In this document: positions 1 through 12,906 of the stretch, piece by piece
Position numbering within the stretch: the stretch's first letter is position 1
Layout of the letters: the number at the start of each line of letters is the position of its first letter
Source: Ylistrum balloti
Taxonomy: Eukaryota
Length of the DNA: 64,000 nt
Direction of reading: 5' to 3'
Assembly: GCF_031769215.1 (NCBI RefSeq)
Contig: NW_026781953.1
Location: 372,001 to 436,000 of the forward strand
Notes under the pieces: generated by a model
What the model saw: only the letters and a program-made list of their open reading frames with translations
What the model was told of the DNA's origin: nothing
Databases searched by the model: none
Made by a program: the position numbers and the translations under genes

Positions 1-239
1 AAGAACAAGGAGAATAAGATCACGTGACCTAGAAGAATAAGCGTCTTCTGCGGCTGTGATATGCAGATACGATAGGTAAGGGAAGTAGGGTGTTGCTATC
101 CAGAAATGGAAAATTCACAATAGGGAAAAGGAACTCTCACGATTATCAAACAGCTTAGTAGAAACGTGTTCTCATTTTGAGCCGATCACAAATCACAATC
201 CGCATCGAGGTGATACTAATGTAAGGGAAATACTTGTTG

Positions 240-300
240 ATTTCAATTCCTCCACCAGGATTCGAACCCGAAACTATTGGCTGACTAGTCTGATCGATCG
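240..300 (-). mobile_element. tRNA-derived SINE head remnant (minus strand)
   Basis: The reverse complement reads ...gactagtcagccaatagtttcgGGTTCGAATCCtggtggaggaattgaaa, a Pol III B box followed by a flank shared with the copy at 425-485. Confidence 0.5.
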
Positions 301-424
301 AGCTTGGTATATTGCAGCTAGTGTTTTACCGGAGTGTCATAACAACCCCCTCCCCACTCCCCTTTCATCCTCAAGTTTCCAGAGGTTACAACGATGTCTG
401 TGTAACAGTGGTATTATTCCCGTG

Positions 425-485
425 TCCCTGTGGGACTAGTAAGCCGGGGTTCCGGGTTAGATTCCTAGCGGAGGCATTGAAATAA
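425..485 (+). mobile_element. tRNA-derived SINE head remnant (plus strand), same family as 240-300
   Basis: gggactagtaagccggggttccGGGTTAGATTCCtagcggaggcattgaaa has a degenerate B box and the same gactagt...gga(g)g(c/a)attgaaa context. Confidence 0.45.
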
Positions 486-1687
486 ATAACAACCTCTGTA
501 GGGACCCAACTGTAGCGTAGGTTCATAAGACTTCACATCGCAGTTCAGTGTTTTAAAATACGTTTATTTCACTGTCGTAGACAGATAAACCTATGAAATA
601 ATAAATATACTTAATCACTCACACATCGCTTATACAATGAAATAATGGACATACTATGGTAAAATATAATGAATGATTGTTATATTTAAGATTATAAAAT
701 TTAAAACAAACAATCAAGACACTTACCAGGAACTTCCAGAGTAATGAATTTGTGATGGTGACTGGAATATGTCTCTCTCCATGTGTAACCATCGAGAGAG
801 AGAGTAAGATTGAAGTTGGGAAAGGGCGGTGATTGCGACATGGACGAGTGGTCCGTGCGGCACGCGCACATACACACCTACGTACATGCATACATACATT
901 CCAATCACATTCCAACTACTGGCGTGACATGCGATGATTTGAATGTGAAGTTATAGTACAGTAGTACTGTTTATGAACACCTGGTTACAGTTTGAAGAAA
1001 TTGAAGTTTTTTCTCGGAAATCGGTATTCTAGATATCTCTGCGGAAATGGTCTAAATAGACAGATAAATTTTCCTTGGATATAATTTTCTCGACTTGTGG
1101 CGTGACGTGTTGTACAAGCTCCCTAGCTTATCACAAGCTGCATAGCGGACATAATTGCTCCATTGGAATCGAGTTTATTTCACTTGTGAAGTGATAAAAC
1201 GTTCACCTTTACGGGTGGGAGTCGTCAAGCGACATCTCATTCTCTGGACGAAAGTACTTAACTTAAACTGAGACTAATAACATGAATTTTCAAATACATA
1301 TTTATATAAGAATATTCATTCCGATTTTCAGCCTGTGAATTTTCAGAATTATCTCGATGTGAAATGACAGCAATAAAATATATCTATTTGAATATCTGGA
1401 AATGCAAGTTCTAAATCCTGCCTGCAATGTTGCTTTCTTTTTATATTTGCAACTGTATTGATGAGTGTTTTCCTCGCCATTATCATGATTTCATGCTTGT
1501 TCATGATATTTAAAGCCTATAAGCGCCGCGAGGTGGCGTTATCTCAGCCGATAATGTACCAGAGATTGTTCAATATTGTTATCAAATCTATGTACTTTAG
1601 GCTGATATGCACATGTACCTTTGCATGATCTTTTCACCTATGATCTTTATAAGTCAAGAGTAACGCTCTGCTTAAAATCCGTACATA

Positions 1688-4600
1688 ATGGTAAACATCA
1701 TTGTGATTGGTGCCGGGGTTGTAGGGCTATCGTCAGCGGTCTCTATCCAGCGGGCCTTGCCAGGGGCGACAGTGAAGGTGGTGGCCGACAAGTTCTATGA
1801 CGAAACCACAAGCTATGGAGCGGGAGGAATTTTCGAGCCTACCACAACAAACACCCCAGGGATACCTTTTGAAACACTCAAGTAATTCGATTCACAACGT
1901 TTGAACATTTAACGTTCAAAAGACGACATTTTAGTTGAAATAAATTCTGTCTTATGTGGTAATGTTTTAATGATTTGTGTTTTTAGAGGTGCTATGAAAA
2001 CCATTGATTTCAACGATATAGGGGTGAAAATTTGGCCATCAAGCTATACAAATGTTAATTTTCATTGCTGATGAATTATTTATTGCAGACGATGGAGTGA
2101 AACGTCTTGGAAAGCTTACTCCCGGATGGCAACTTCCGACCTTGCCAGTAGTACCGGACACACAGTGTCACATGGATTCCTGTTTCATACAACTAAGACC
2201 GAGGTACGATACACATTTCTCTAAAGAGTCCCTCTAAAAGAACAGCTATATTCAAGTTGTATGTTAATTCTGTAGGAATGTCTATTAGCTGTTTTGTGAT
2301 GTTATATTGTTCAAAGCTATAAAAATATGATGCATTACATCTACAGATACCCTTGTATGCAGATATTGTGTTCTCATTCCGACAAATGCTATCGGAAGAA
2401 CTCAAGCGACTAGGAGTTGACACCAAATTTAAGTAAGTCAAAAACTTACCTACAACACCTTCTGGTAGACAAATACTTATATACAGATCAGCACCATCTC
2501 AAGTAAAGCAAATCGACCATTTACCAACACCAACTAAACTAAACCCATACCGACACCCACACCACCTTCAGGTAAACAAACACGGTTATTTACTACTCAC
2601 ACCAGCTCAGGATAACGCATCCACCATATATCCACACCACCTGAATGCAACAAATAATATCCGTTTACCGTGGCTGTCTGTAGATAACACTCCTCATTTA
2701 AAAGCACCTTGAATAAAACAAATATAGCAAACATCCAGTTTTAGCTTAACATAATATGCACACTATAACAAAGTAGGTGAAATATAAAACGTTATCATTT
2801 TTATTTTGTCATGACATGAAAAATATTACATAATGACTTGCAATTATATACATAATTTGGTCGATGTTTTCTTTTCGTTGCTCTTTAATTCAATATTTTT
2901 TGTTCTGTACGGAAGCAATTAAATTGAATAATTATTTAGTGAGATATTTTTTACCATACTTCGTATTATATAGTGTGTGTTTCATTTAATTTTCGATTAT
3001 CTACCTTTCATGTCTATCATGTTTTCACTGTTGTCATTGGGTGGTCGCGTGGCGAAGTGGTAACACACTCGTCATTTCCATGGTGCCAAGGGTTCGATTC
3101 CCGGCACGGACGTGAAAAAGTATGTGGGTTACCTGCCTTACCACGTGGGTTTTCCCCAGATACCCCCGTTTCTTCACTCAGGAAGACCTGCTTCCATACA
3201 GGTCTACAAAAGCAACTAACATAAGCTTTAAACTTGTTTCGCAATTGTTATAAAACAGATTAAGTTTATATTTATATATTGAAGTCACTGGTAACTTGAG
3301 CTATTAATACATTTGGCAAACTTTGCTTTTCCAATATTAGTTTTCGATCCACATAAAAATTAAACCTTTTCCACCCATCACTCCACTGACAATTAGTGTC
3401 ATTCCTTGACTGTTGTATGAAACTGCATTTCTTTCATGCGACATCTATAACCATGTGTATGGTGATTTTAAATGATTTCCTGTGATAAATTGTATACACG
3501 GAGAATGATTGCTCGTGACAACCTTATGTCGCTGGAACAACATGTGTTTCTATGACATGATTCTAAATTATTTATGAATTATTTTTAATGCAGATATGGA
3601 TATGAGATAACAACTATCATTACCAACATGAGGAAATATCTATCCTGGCTGATGACGCAGTAAGTTACACCCTCTCACATTTTTGGTGAAGACTTAATTG
3701 AACTTTATTAATCGACTGGAATAATCTGAAGGCTAGAGCTCTGAAATCATTTGTTGTGAACATTCATTTCGACTTTCAAGGATTAAGATTCGTTAACGAA
3801 GATCTGTCAAAGGAAAGACATTAGCAAGTCAAAATAGCTTTTTTGGATCAATAATCAAACCATTCCACTCTTTCCTCAAAGTAATTCCAATTTCACTGAA
3901 TTTTGACTGACAAAAATGTTTTTTATATATCTTACTTGTCTTCTTAATCTTAATGGGTCATTTGTAGTAATGTTTCAAAGGTCGCCGTACGTTAGTTGTA
4001 GTCATGCTTCAATGATAGCCATCATTCTATAGTATGCATCTGTGAACATTTTTCCAGGTTCACAGAGAATGGTGGTGTGGTAGAAAAAAGGAAAATAGAA
4101 AGCTTAAGTAAAGTATGTTTATTCGTTTTTATTTTGTAAAACCTACTTTTTATTAATCCGTTCATTTCAAATCAGAGAAGACGCCATAAGTTTTCTTTTA
4201 CACGTGCGCTTTGTTTAATTACACGTAATTACCATGCTTTCATATGCAACGTAAGAATAGTGTGGAAAGCTATCAGATAAAATTACATTCACAACATTCA
4301 GTTGAAATTTACTCGTATGGTCCTCCTTTTTGCTCTGAAGACACTTTGTATACTTTTACAGTTGTATGGCCGTTGTGACGTGGTGGTCAACTGTTCCGGT
4401 CTTGGCAGTCGCCAGCTATTTGGAGACAAGCTGATATATCCAGTTCGTGGTCAACTCTTAAAGGTAACGGATATATTCTAATTAAGTAATTAAGTGACAA
4501 ACATTTTCTTCTTAATTAAAACGAATGAACTTCTGTAGCATGCAAAGATGAAGAACTTTAAACATTTTACTTCTGAATTATATTTACAAAATGGTACTAG

Positions 4601-7600
4601 TTATGCTTCAAATCCATTGCAGATGTAGTACATGGTAAGCGTTTTTATTTTCAAACAGGTTGGAAGTTCAATCGTTATATTTCTTTCTTAATAAGATTAC
4701 TACTGCTGAGGAATATTTTATTACGCTACAAAAATAATGAGTTACTTATAAAAAGCAATTAAATATGAGGGTTTGATATGATCAACACTAAAACAGTATG
4801 ATTTACTGGTGATTTTAAGAAAAATGTCCCATTGAAAATCTATGTTAAATGAATGAAGTACTGTTCTAATTGGTATGTGTTTGGTATAGATACTAGATAT
4901 ATTACCATATGGAACGAAGAGGAGACAAATTATCATTGGGATAATTGGCTGTACAGAAAATCTTCCATTACATGTTAGAGACGGCATCAAAGCAATTTGA
5001 TAAACTTCACTCCATTCTTTTTATAGTGAAATCGTAACCTAGATGCAGCCGATTGTTCTGTATTCGGAACAAATCCGTATGTTCAGATTCTACTTTGCCT
5101 TGAAGTTTTGAACAAATGTATCCAATATTTTCTATTTTAGCAACAATACAATACAATAATATTTTATCATTTTGTCAGACATCCTAGTTAACAATAAAAC
5201 ACATTAAAATATTGCCAAACATAATTATGTTCAGCCGGATTCGGCCTAGGAATTACAGTTAAAAGTTCATGATTATCAAAATAAAAGACATATTTTACGT
5301 TATACATGTATCGGTAAGAATTACATTTTAAAAGAGAACTTCTACGCCTAATTATGAGATAACTTGATTTTGGTAAAAGATATTGAGTTTCTTCATTTTG
5401 TAAAATACAAGAAAATTATCCTATTGTAGAGATCATTTTACAGGTAAAGGCTCCCTGGGTGCGGGACTGGATTGATACAGACGCGTCGACCCACATACTA
5501 CCGAGGTAAATTACAAGGACATCATCCAAAGTACACACCTTTTAACAACAGGTATTTCTTTCGTCCTTTCCTGATATCTGGTTAAAAGCGCATTTCCGGA
5601 ATGCATCAATACTGTTTCATCACGTTTGGGTAAAAATTTCCTTTTCATATATTTGATACGCATAGAAAATAGCGTGCCAATGCCATTTATGAAAATGGTC
5701 CAAATACAGTTCATACAGCCATTTAATTATTGTACCTTGAGCTTATGTTTTCAGATCTATAGCAAATGACAAAAAATTACCTTGATACATTAACTCACAT
5801 TAAATATTGTTTTATTATTTTTCATTTTCGTACAAAAGATCTGGTTTCATATCATTTTGTAGATCTATTCAAGCTGAACCTACAATGAGCTGGAAAGTAC
5901 CTCATGATCTTCATTTTCATTTTAATGTCAATAACCTACTAAGTTATAAGAATGTATAGAGAATTACACAAAATAGAATAATAAGGTTCATTGCTCAATG
6001 TGTTCTTCAATACAAATGAAAATGTGACAAAAATGTAATACTAGAACAGATATTGTAATCATTCTTATTCAAAAATAAGTAAAAAGTAAAAGTAAAGTTA
6101 AAAGAACCTCAGGAAACATTTTTTCTTGGCTGTCCTGAAATTGAACTTAGTCAAATATGATAACTAAATACAATATGCAGTCTTTAAAACACCGCTTGTC
6201 AAAGATGGACTCCGTATTACATAACTGGAAACAAACATACCGATGTGAACAAAATTTATAAAATAATATCACAGTTATGAATTTACATGTATGTCTTACC
6301 TACTGGTTGTTACAGTGATGACTATACTGTGCTCGGAGGTGTTAAGGATAAAGACAACTGGTCCATGACTCCAGATCCTTCCGTTCGACAAGGAATTCTG
6401 GACAGGTGTCTCCAATTATGGCCAGCGTTAAAGGTAAACGTACACTCTGTTATAGAACAACTTTACACCCTTATGTAACACCCATATCACTTTAATTGAT
6501 CTAAATAGTGGCACAATCCAGAATATACAGATGTATTTGAAATTTTGTTTGAAACTATCCGTTATCCAGCATTTTAATATAATTTGGAGGTATATTCATC
6601 TTTCAATCTATATTTTAGCATTAATTTCAGCTACTCTAGATTTTCCTCAGTTGCCTCCTTACATGTTAAGCCATAGCAACGGTGACGACTCATAAAAGGA
6701 CGAACCTGCTGCACGATGAAGTTTAATTCATAAGTGGCTATATTGTATCTAATTTAAAATTGATATTGACAGGGACCATACACCGATCATATGAGACGAA
6801 GTTTGTTCAAAAGTCAATGAAATCCATATTTATCTTATCTCTCAATTACCTTGTTCTTTCCACTCTCTTACATACCTTGTGTATGCTTTGTTTTAACCTA
6901 TGACATCTCACAGTCACAGTTTTTATTATCGTTATGCTGAACCTTATCAATTAATCGAAACTGTTGTATGGGTTGGCATTCTTGACTGTTATTACATAAT
7001 TAGAACAGCGTCCTGTCGCATTTTCCCCCAAAAAATTACCGGTAATTAGCACAACCACCACGTGCCTCAAATGAATTAACATAAGATATTTACACATACA
7101 TTCAAGATAAAAAAATTTTCACAAATTCAAAGGTATTCTTTCTATTGGAAAGATTTAGTGCTCTGACCTTCACATTGATCTAGAGAAAGAATTTTTCTAC
7201 GTCACTGTTTAATGGTTATAATAAAAGTCTGAATTTTACACTGCAATTATAAACTGAACTTATTCATAAACAATTAAATCGCAGTATCTTTCAGATGGAA
7301 CCTTATTCGTTAATTAGACATCTGAGGCCTGAGTACAACACATCTGTATAGCCCCATTTATTTGCTTTATTTTATCCTCCTCGAAAGTTTAAAATGAAAT
7401 ACTTGCTCCCACTTTCCACGATGGCAGAGGTAACTGATATATTGGACCAAGGGAAGTAACTTTTGTGTACCTTATCAGTAATAAAACATACGATGCGTGA
7501 AGTAAAGATTATTTATGATGAACTTAGACATGCCTAAATGTAGTTATATTAAATTGAACATGTGCATCTTTTTACATATATCATTTTATAGGGCGCAAAT

Positions 7601-7955
7601 GTAATCGGGGATTGGGTAGGCCTGAGACCGATGCGGACCCCAATCAGACTTGAGAAGGAGATAGTTCGGCTACCTGAGGGAATGTTGAAGGTACTGTATA
7701 CACATAACATACATGTAAATGTATTGTGAGAAAACACTGTGAAAAAGGAAATGTGTGTATATGGTTCGTAAATGAATTGGAAACAGAAGAAAGGTTACCA
7801 TCCTCTTCAAACATGTCAATCTTCTTGTATTACTACAGGTTGTTCATAACTACGGTCATGGAGCCAATGGCGTGACACTGAGCTGGGGAACAGCTGTGGA
7901 AGCCACTGAAATGGTGAAGGATTTTTTATCAGAAATACCACTACACAAACTCTAA
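1688..7955 (+). CDS. DAO/DDO: D-amino-acid oxidase / D-aspartate oxidase family flavoenzyme, paralog A; 10 coding exons, 337 aa, intact
   Basis: GT-AG exons 1688-1881, 2089-2203, 2347-2432, 3594-3659, 4058-4112, 4362-4463, 5444-5505, 6316-6433, 7592-7690 and 7839-7955 join in frame (1014 nt). Motifs: [11 protein letters not shown] (FAD GxGxxG), [50 protein letters not shown]. The C-terminus HKL is PTS1-like. Confidence 0.95.
3040..3215 (+). mobile_element. tRNA-derived SINE in DAO-A intron 3
   Basis: A box TGGCGAAGTGG (3050-3060) and B box GGTTCGATTCC (3091-3101), followed by gggttttccccagatacccccgtttcttcac, which resembles the GGGTTTTCTCCGGGTACTCCGGTTTCCTCCC central block of widespread metazoan tRNA-SINEs. 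Confidence 0.75.
6681..6721 (+). ncRNA. Degenerate hammerhead ribozyme motif (probably inactive) in DAO-A intron 8
   Basis: ggTGACGActcataaaaggacGAAcctgctgcacgatgaag aligns with the intact copies (CTGACGA gtcct aga aggac GAAA cagctg TA tgatg), and the downstream gaagtttaattca flank matches other copies. Several core positions are mutated. Confidence 0.55.
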
Positions 7956-8583
7956 TGTTTTGTTTGTGTTGCGTAAATTTAGAAAATGTCATTGATGTTG
8001 ACAAAGAAAAACTAATGTTATTTGCAAGACATTTTAATGAAATAGTATTGTTTCGCCTTTAATATGAAGATGTTTTCATCGTTTCCCACGGACGGATATC
8101 TTAGAAAAAAGTGAAATGTTATCATTTTTGTATTTGTAATTTCGTTTTTTAATTTTCCTCCTTATTTCGAATTGACAGCACATCTAAGTTTCTGTTCGAT
8201 GATAAGAAATCAAAAGCCACGAAAAAAGAAAAACAAATATTGATTGCAATAATGATAATAAAGAAATAAAAGATAACTGAATGTCATTTTATTTTTTTAA
8301 TGGAAACTAAAATCAATGTATGTTATATATTTTTGTTATACATTGTACAAATTACATATTAAAGAATATTTTATTTTGGCATATCTGAAGACTAAGTTTG
8401 TGGTAGGGGTCTAGTCTCCTGCTGGTGGAATTCTCAGTCCCAGTGTTCGCGCCTTTAGATATATGGATATGTAGTAGCATCGTTCAGAATATATACTTGA
8501 ACTGGATTCTTTTTGAAAAAAAATCAACATTGAAAAAATTCAACATTGAACTTTCTTCAGTTGTCTCCTAGATGTCAACACTT

Positions 8584-8603
8584 CATCACTGACGAATCCT
8601 AGA
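8584..8603 (+). ncRNA. Truncated hammerhead ribozyme motif (5' half only)
   Basis: catca CTGACGA atcct aga is present, then the motif breaks off. The upstream cttcagttgtctcctagatgtcaac and downstream ggagttttaattca flanks resemble those at 6650-6730. Confidence 0.5.
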
Positions 8604-8859
8604 ATAGCATATTGGAGTTTAATTCAACCACTGTTCCCAAGTTTTAATTATTAAACAATGTCTCTCATGTCTTGTCTTGTCTTTTGTCTAGTCTGAACGG
8701 ATTTTTTCTACATAGTATGAAAATATTTAAAGACATCAAATTAAGGTTTTATATCATCCCTTGTATCTATATAACAAGTGGTCTGTTACATTTTACAATA
8801 CCGTTCGAATAGACAATTTACATCTCAATATTGATTACGCTCAGAGGAATACATGTTAC

Positions 8860-10390
8860 TTCTATACCATATCATTACGTATGGTGCTGGTGTTCCGCTC
8901 ACTGAGAAAGTTACCGGCCATTTTCATTGAACATATCCTTCGAAACTTTAAATAAAGATCACAATACAATAAAATCTCCTATATCAGCTGCTTTTTCTAA
9001 TCTTGATTTACAACACAGGACAGCTTTCAATTTCCCAGTTTCTTTTCCGTTCCTAGGTAGCAACAAACTTCATTCCCCAACATTGTTTACATGTCACAGT
9101 AGATTCAATGAAGGGTAATTCTATCTTTAAGGTGTCAAGGGATTGAAAGAACTCAGAATCAATTCCACAATGTCAAACATATTAACAATGGAACAGCTTT
9201 TACGGTAACCATTGAAAAACGTTCAGCGAATTGGACTGATGAACTGATGAATATATTAAAGGTTACATATAATTACTGATAAATTGATGACGACATATAA
9301 GGTTATACGTAATTACAAAGTACATCGACATGAAATTAAAAATAATAATAATAAAATGAGGTTTTGATTTGTTTCTTATATCCAAGTCTTGTTGACTTAA
9401 GTTTTACAGTTGACGTTAAGATGTTAACGATAATTTTGAATTTTACGTACGGTAATACTTTAAATACTATGCAATATTTGCTATCTGTTTATGTATGGGT
9501 ATACAATGACCTCCAGTTTATATACACCTTCCGTATGTATTTTATAATATGGAAGGTATTGTATATAAATCTTAACCTATACATCTTGTTATCTTTACTT
9601 ATCATCTGAAGTCAAGTGTGACGCTCTGTTTAGAATCTATGCAGATAAAGTGTTCTCATTCTGGAAAATGTTACCGAAGGGACAGGCAACAAGGAGCCAG
9701 TGATTTTACATCATACAGCTGTTTCGCCCCTCTAGGACTCATCAGTAATGTTACACCATACAGCTGTTTCGTCCTTCTAAGACTCGACAGTAATGTTACT
9801 TCATACAGCCGTTTCGTCCTTCTAAAACTCAACAGTCATGTTACTTCATACGGCTGTTTCGTCCTTCTAGGACTCGTCAGTGATGCTAAAACCTTAACTA
9901 CTACATCCTTAACCGCGCCACTATTGAAAGCATTTTAATTCCAACCATTTACTAACGCCATCGTCAGGTAAACAAACTCTATAATTTACCAACATCAGTT
10001 TAGGTAAACATACCAACGGCATCGTAAGGTAAAATCTACAGGCCCCATGTAGATACAGGTATAAACAACGTTTAGACGTTAGGATCGTTGTCATTTGTAT
10101 GTTAGAAATATCGTCTACGACATGAAATTACGGAAGTTTCCTCGGAAAACTAAAAAAGGGTTTAAGATAAAAGCTACATGGCCATATAGGATTTTGTTTT
10201 TTCCAGTTTTGTATACCCTTAATGGATTTTTTTTCTATTACAAGAATCAACCTTAACCATTTCTCTACTTTGCAATGTCCTGGTCATGTCGACCTTCTTC
10301 TCTTGTGACTTTTATCATTATCGTCACAGATTCGTTTATGAGATAACAACTATCATTACCAACATTACCTGGCTGATGACGCAGAATGTT
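8860..10390 (+). pseudogene. Decayed partial duplicate of DAO-A (relics of exons 1, 3 and 4 and intron 3)
   Basis: About 9634-9690 gives IYADKVFSFWKML versus [13 protein letters not shown] in DAO-A exon 3. 10330-10384 is nearly identical to exon 4 (tatgagataacaactatcattaccaacat...cctggctgatgacgcag), with a net 12-nt deletion and a lost GT donor. 8880-8950 has YGAG...ISFETL versus YGAG...IPFETL with a stop and frameshift (weaker). 9890-10030 resembles DAO-A intron 3. Confidence 0.8.
9709..9885 (-). ncRNA. Tandem array of four minimal type-I hammerhead ribozymes, 45-bp period
   Basis: Minus-strand unit 9709-9750 is CAUUA CUGAUGA GUCCU-AGA-GGGGC GAAA C-AGCU-G UA^ UGAUG. Unit 9844-9885 is CAUCA CUGACGA GUCCU-AGA-AGGAC GAAA C-AGCC-G UA^ UGAAG. 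The middle units have CUGUCGA and CUGUUGA (core mutated). Confidence 0.85.
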
Positions 10391-10621
10391 ACAAACACAA
10401 CTGTTGCTTGTATGCGATATTTACATAATCTGTCATTCTGAAAACATCGTAGATAAACACTTGTGTATTATGAGGGTTAAAAATCATGTATAGATGGTTT
10501 GTGTAGATTGAAGTCCCTTTCATGTAATCATTTCGTATCAACGAGAAATGTATTTATATTATCTTCGTCAATATGCTTTTAATCCAGTAAAATAAGCTTA
10601 TTTCGTACGTGCCTGAAATGT

Positions 10622-11152
10622 ATAGTGGCATCAATAAGTTAGGAAGGTATAGTGGCACCAATATGTTAGGGAAGTAATAGTGGCATCAATAAGTTAGGAA
10701 GGTAGAGTGGCACCAATATGTTAGGGAAGTAATAGTGGCATCAATAAGTTAGGAAGTAATAGTGGCACCAATATGTTAGGGAAGTAATAGTGGCATCAAT
10801 AAGTTAGGAAGGTATAGTGGCACAAATACGTTAGGGAAGTAATAGTGGCATCAATAAGTTAGGAAGGTATAGTGGCACTAATACGTTAGAGAAGTAATAG
10901 TGGCATCAATAAGTTAGCAAGGTATAGTGGCACCAATACGTTAGAGAAGTAATAGTGGCATCAATAAGTTAGGAAGGTATAGTGGCACCAATATGTTAGA
11001 GAAGTAATAGTGGCATCAATAAGTTAGGAAGGTATAGTGGCACCAATATGTTAGGGAAGTAATAGTGGCATCAATAAGTTAGGAAGCTATAGTGGCACCA
11101 ATATGTTAGGGAAGTAATAGTGGCATCAATAAGTTAGGAAGGTATAGTGGCA
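10622..11152. repeat. Minisatellite of alternating 27- and 28-bp monomers (55-bp dimer)
   Basis: atagtggcatcaataagttaggaaggt alternates with atagtggcaccaatatgttagggaagta; about 19-20 monomers. Confidence 0.95.
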
Positions 11153-12906
11153 TTTTAACTTATGGAATTAATAGTGGCAAAAAATAAGGATATTACAGTG
11201 ATATGTAATAGAATAAGTTATTCGTTCAATTCGTTTCCATCGTTACATTTACGGAAAAATCATACTGGAAATGATTGAAAGTGATATGTGTTTTGATTGC
11301 GTCAATAAATCTTGTTTTAATTTCCTTAACATCTATGAAGTATAAATTAATATAGTATATAAAGACGATAAATGCATCATTACTTTGAAAATACATGTAC
11401 TTGTATAAGTTATTCATATCGTATATTTGAGATGCGTGTTTCTGCATATGGTTTATATGTTTTATATGGCTTATGCATAAACTACCTTCATATGGGACGC
11501 TTGGTCATGGTGTAAATGTAACTCGTGCCTAACCATTTTACTTTCTACTTGTATATAGCAATACTATATGTTTAATGTTATAACAAATCTTCTTCTTTGA
11601 AACCATGTGTCTCATTCTCATAAAATAATGTTTGAATTTATTAATTTGGTATTTCGAAATTGCATTCATGTTGAAATGAAATATCTACAGTTAATGACAG
11701 AATCAGTACAAGATAGGAAAATAATGTTTTATTAACTCATAATACTCTTATGTGCTGGCATTTCTGTGGTGTAGAAAGTTGTTGATATGAGGGTAAAACG
11801 ATCGATACGTTATTTATTTGTTTATTTATTTTCATTGAAATTGATGTTATCTAATGACATGCGTGGTAAGATCAAAAGTAGAGGTTGTTGTATATATTTT
11901 TTTTCTTTTACTGGAGTTAGTTATCATGCAACAGAAACTTTTGCGGGCGTTTTTGTAACTTCTGAAATAGGTGTAAGCAGAGCGAAGGAGTTTGTGTGAA
12001 CTGTATCTACCCCAGAAAAAGATCGAGAACGGGACAATTCATCGTCGGAATAATTCCACGTGTCTTTCGTTTACGATATCAATTTGGGCGTAAAAACAGA
12101 ACCCGTAATGACATATCGGTAATTAATATGCAAAGCTGACACTTTGAGAGAAATATTTGGAAATATTGTCTACTACGAATCATAACAAATATAATTGAAG
12201 GGCTTATTATCTTTTAAAAAAAAAACCAATTAATTGAAAGACATCCATATGAAAATCAAAAAGTCACAAAAATCCCGCATCTCTTTTCCCAAAAATGCAT
12301 GAATGGTCCATGACGGTCAAAGTTCACCTTGTCAGCCAATCATTTAGGATTTAGAGTGTAATCTACGAGTGGATATTTGTGTTGTTCATGAAAGCGTTCT
12401 TATGACGAATTGATAACATGCGAGTTGAATTACACCCATCTAAAAAACATATACTAATAGCTATCATTAGATCTATATAATCAAAAATACATTGTTTTGA
12501 TCTGTATTTCGAAAAGAAATGCTTTTCTAAGGATGTGTTTAACAGGTGGAGGCACCTTAGGTAAGAGACTGGACCATCAGACACAAAGGTATACACATTT
12601 CCGAGGTAAATACGTGGTTGAGAGGCGCATGCATGTGTGTCATAAAATGTATATACAGACATTAATATTTTGACCCTCTTCACACACGACTTGTTTTCTA
12701 AACGTATCTGCTATATCCTCAACATCATTGACGCGTTTCATACATCACAATATTGGTACCGAATCATTTGAAGTATTAAAGAAACGTTCCGCACTAGACA
12801 GGATTTCATGAGATGTTTTTAAAGAAAACTGTAAAACATCATCTGCTGAAGTTCTTATGAAATTCGTACCTTTCAATTAACCATTTAAACCAACATACGA
12901 TATTTA

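Noticed and set aside
3040-3110. Possible tRNA gene
   Set aside because: A and B boxes are present, but there is no clean cloverleaf and it continues into a SINE body.
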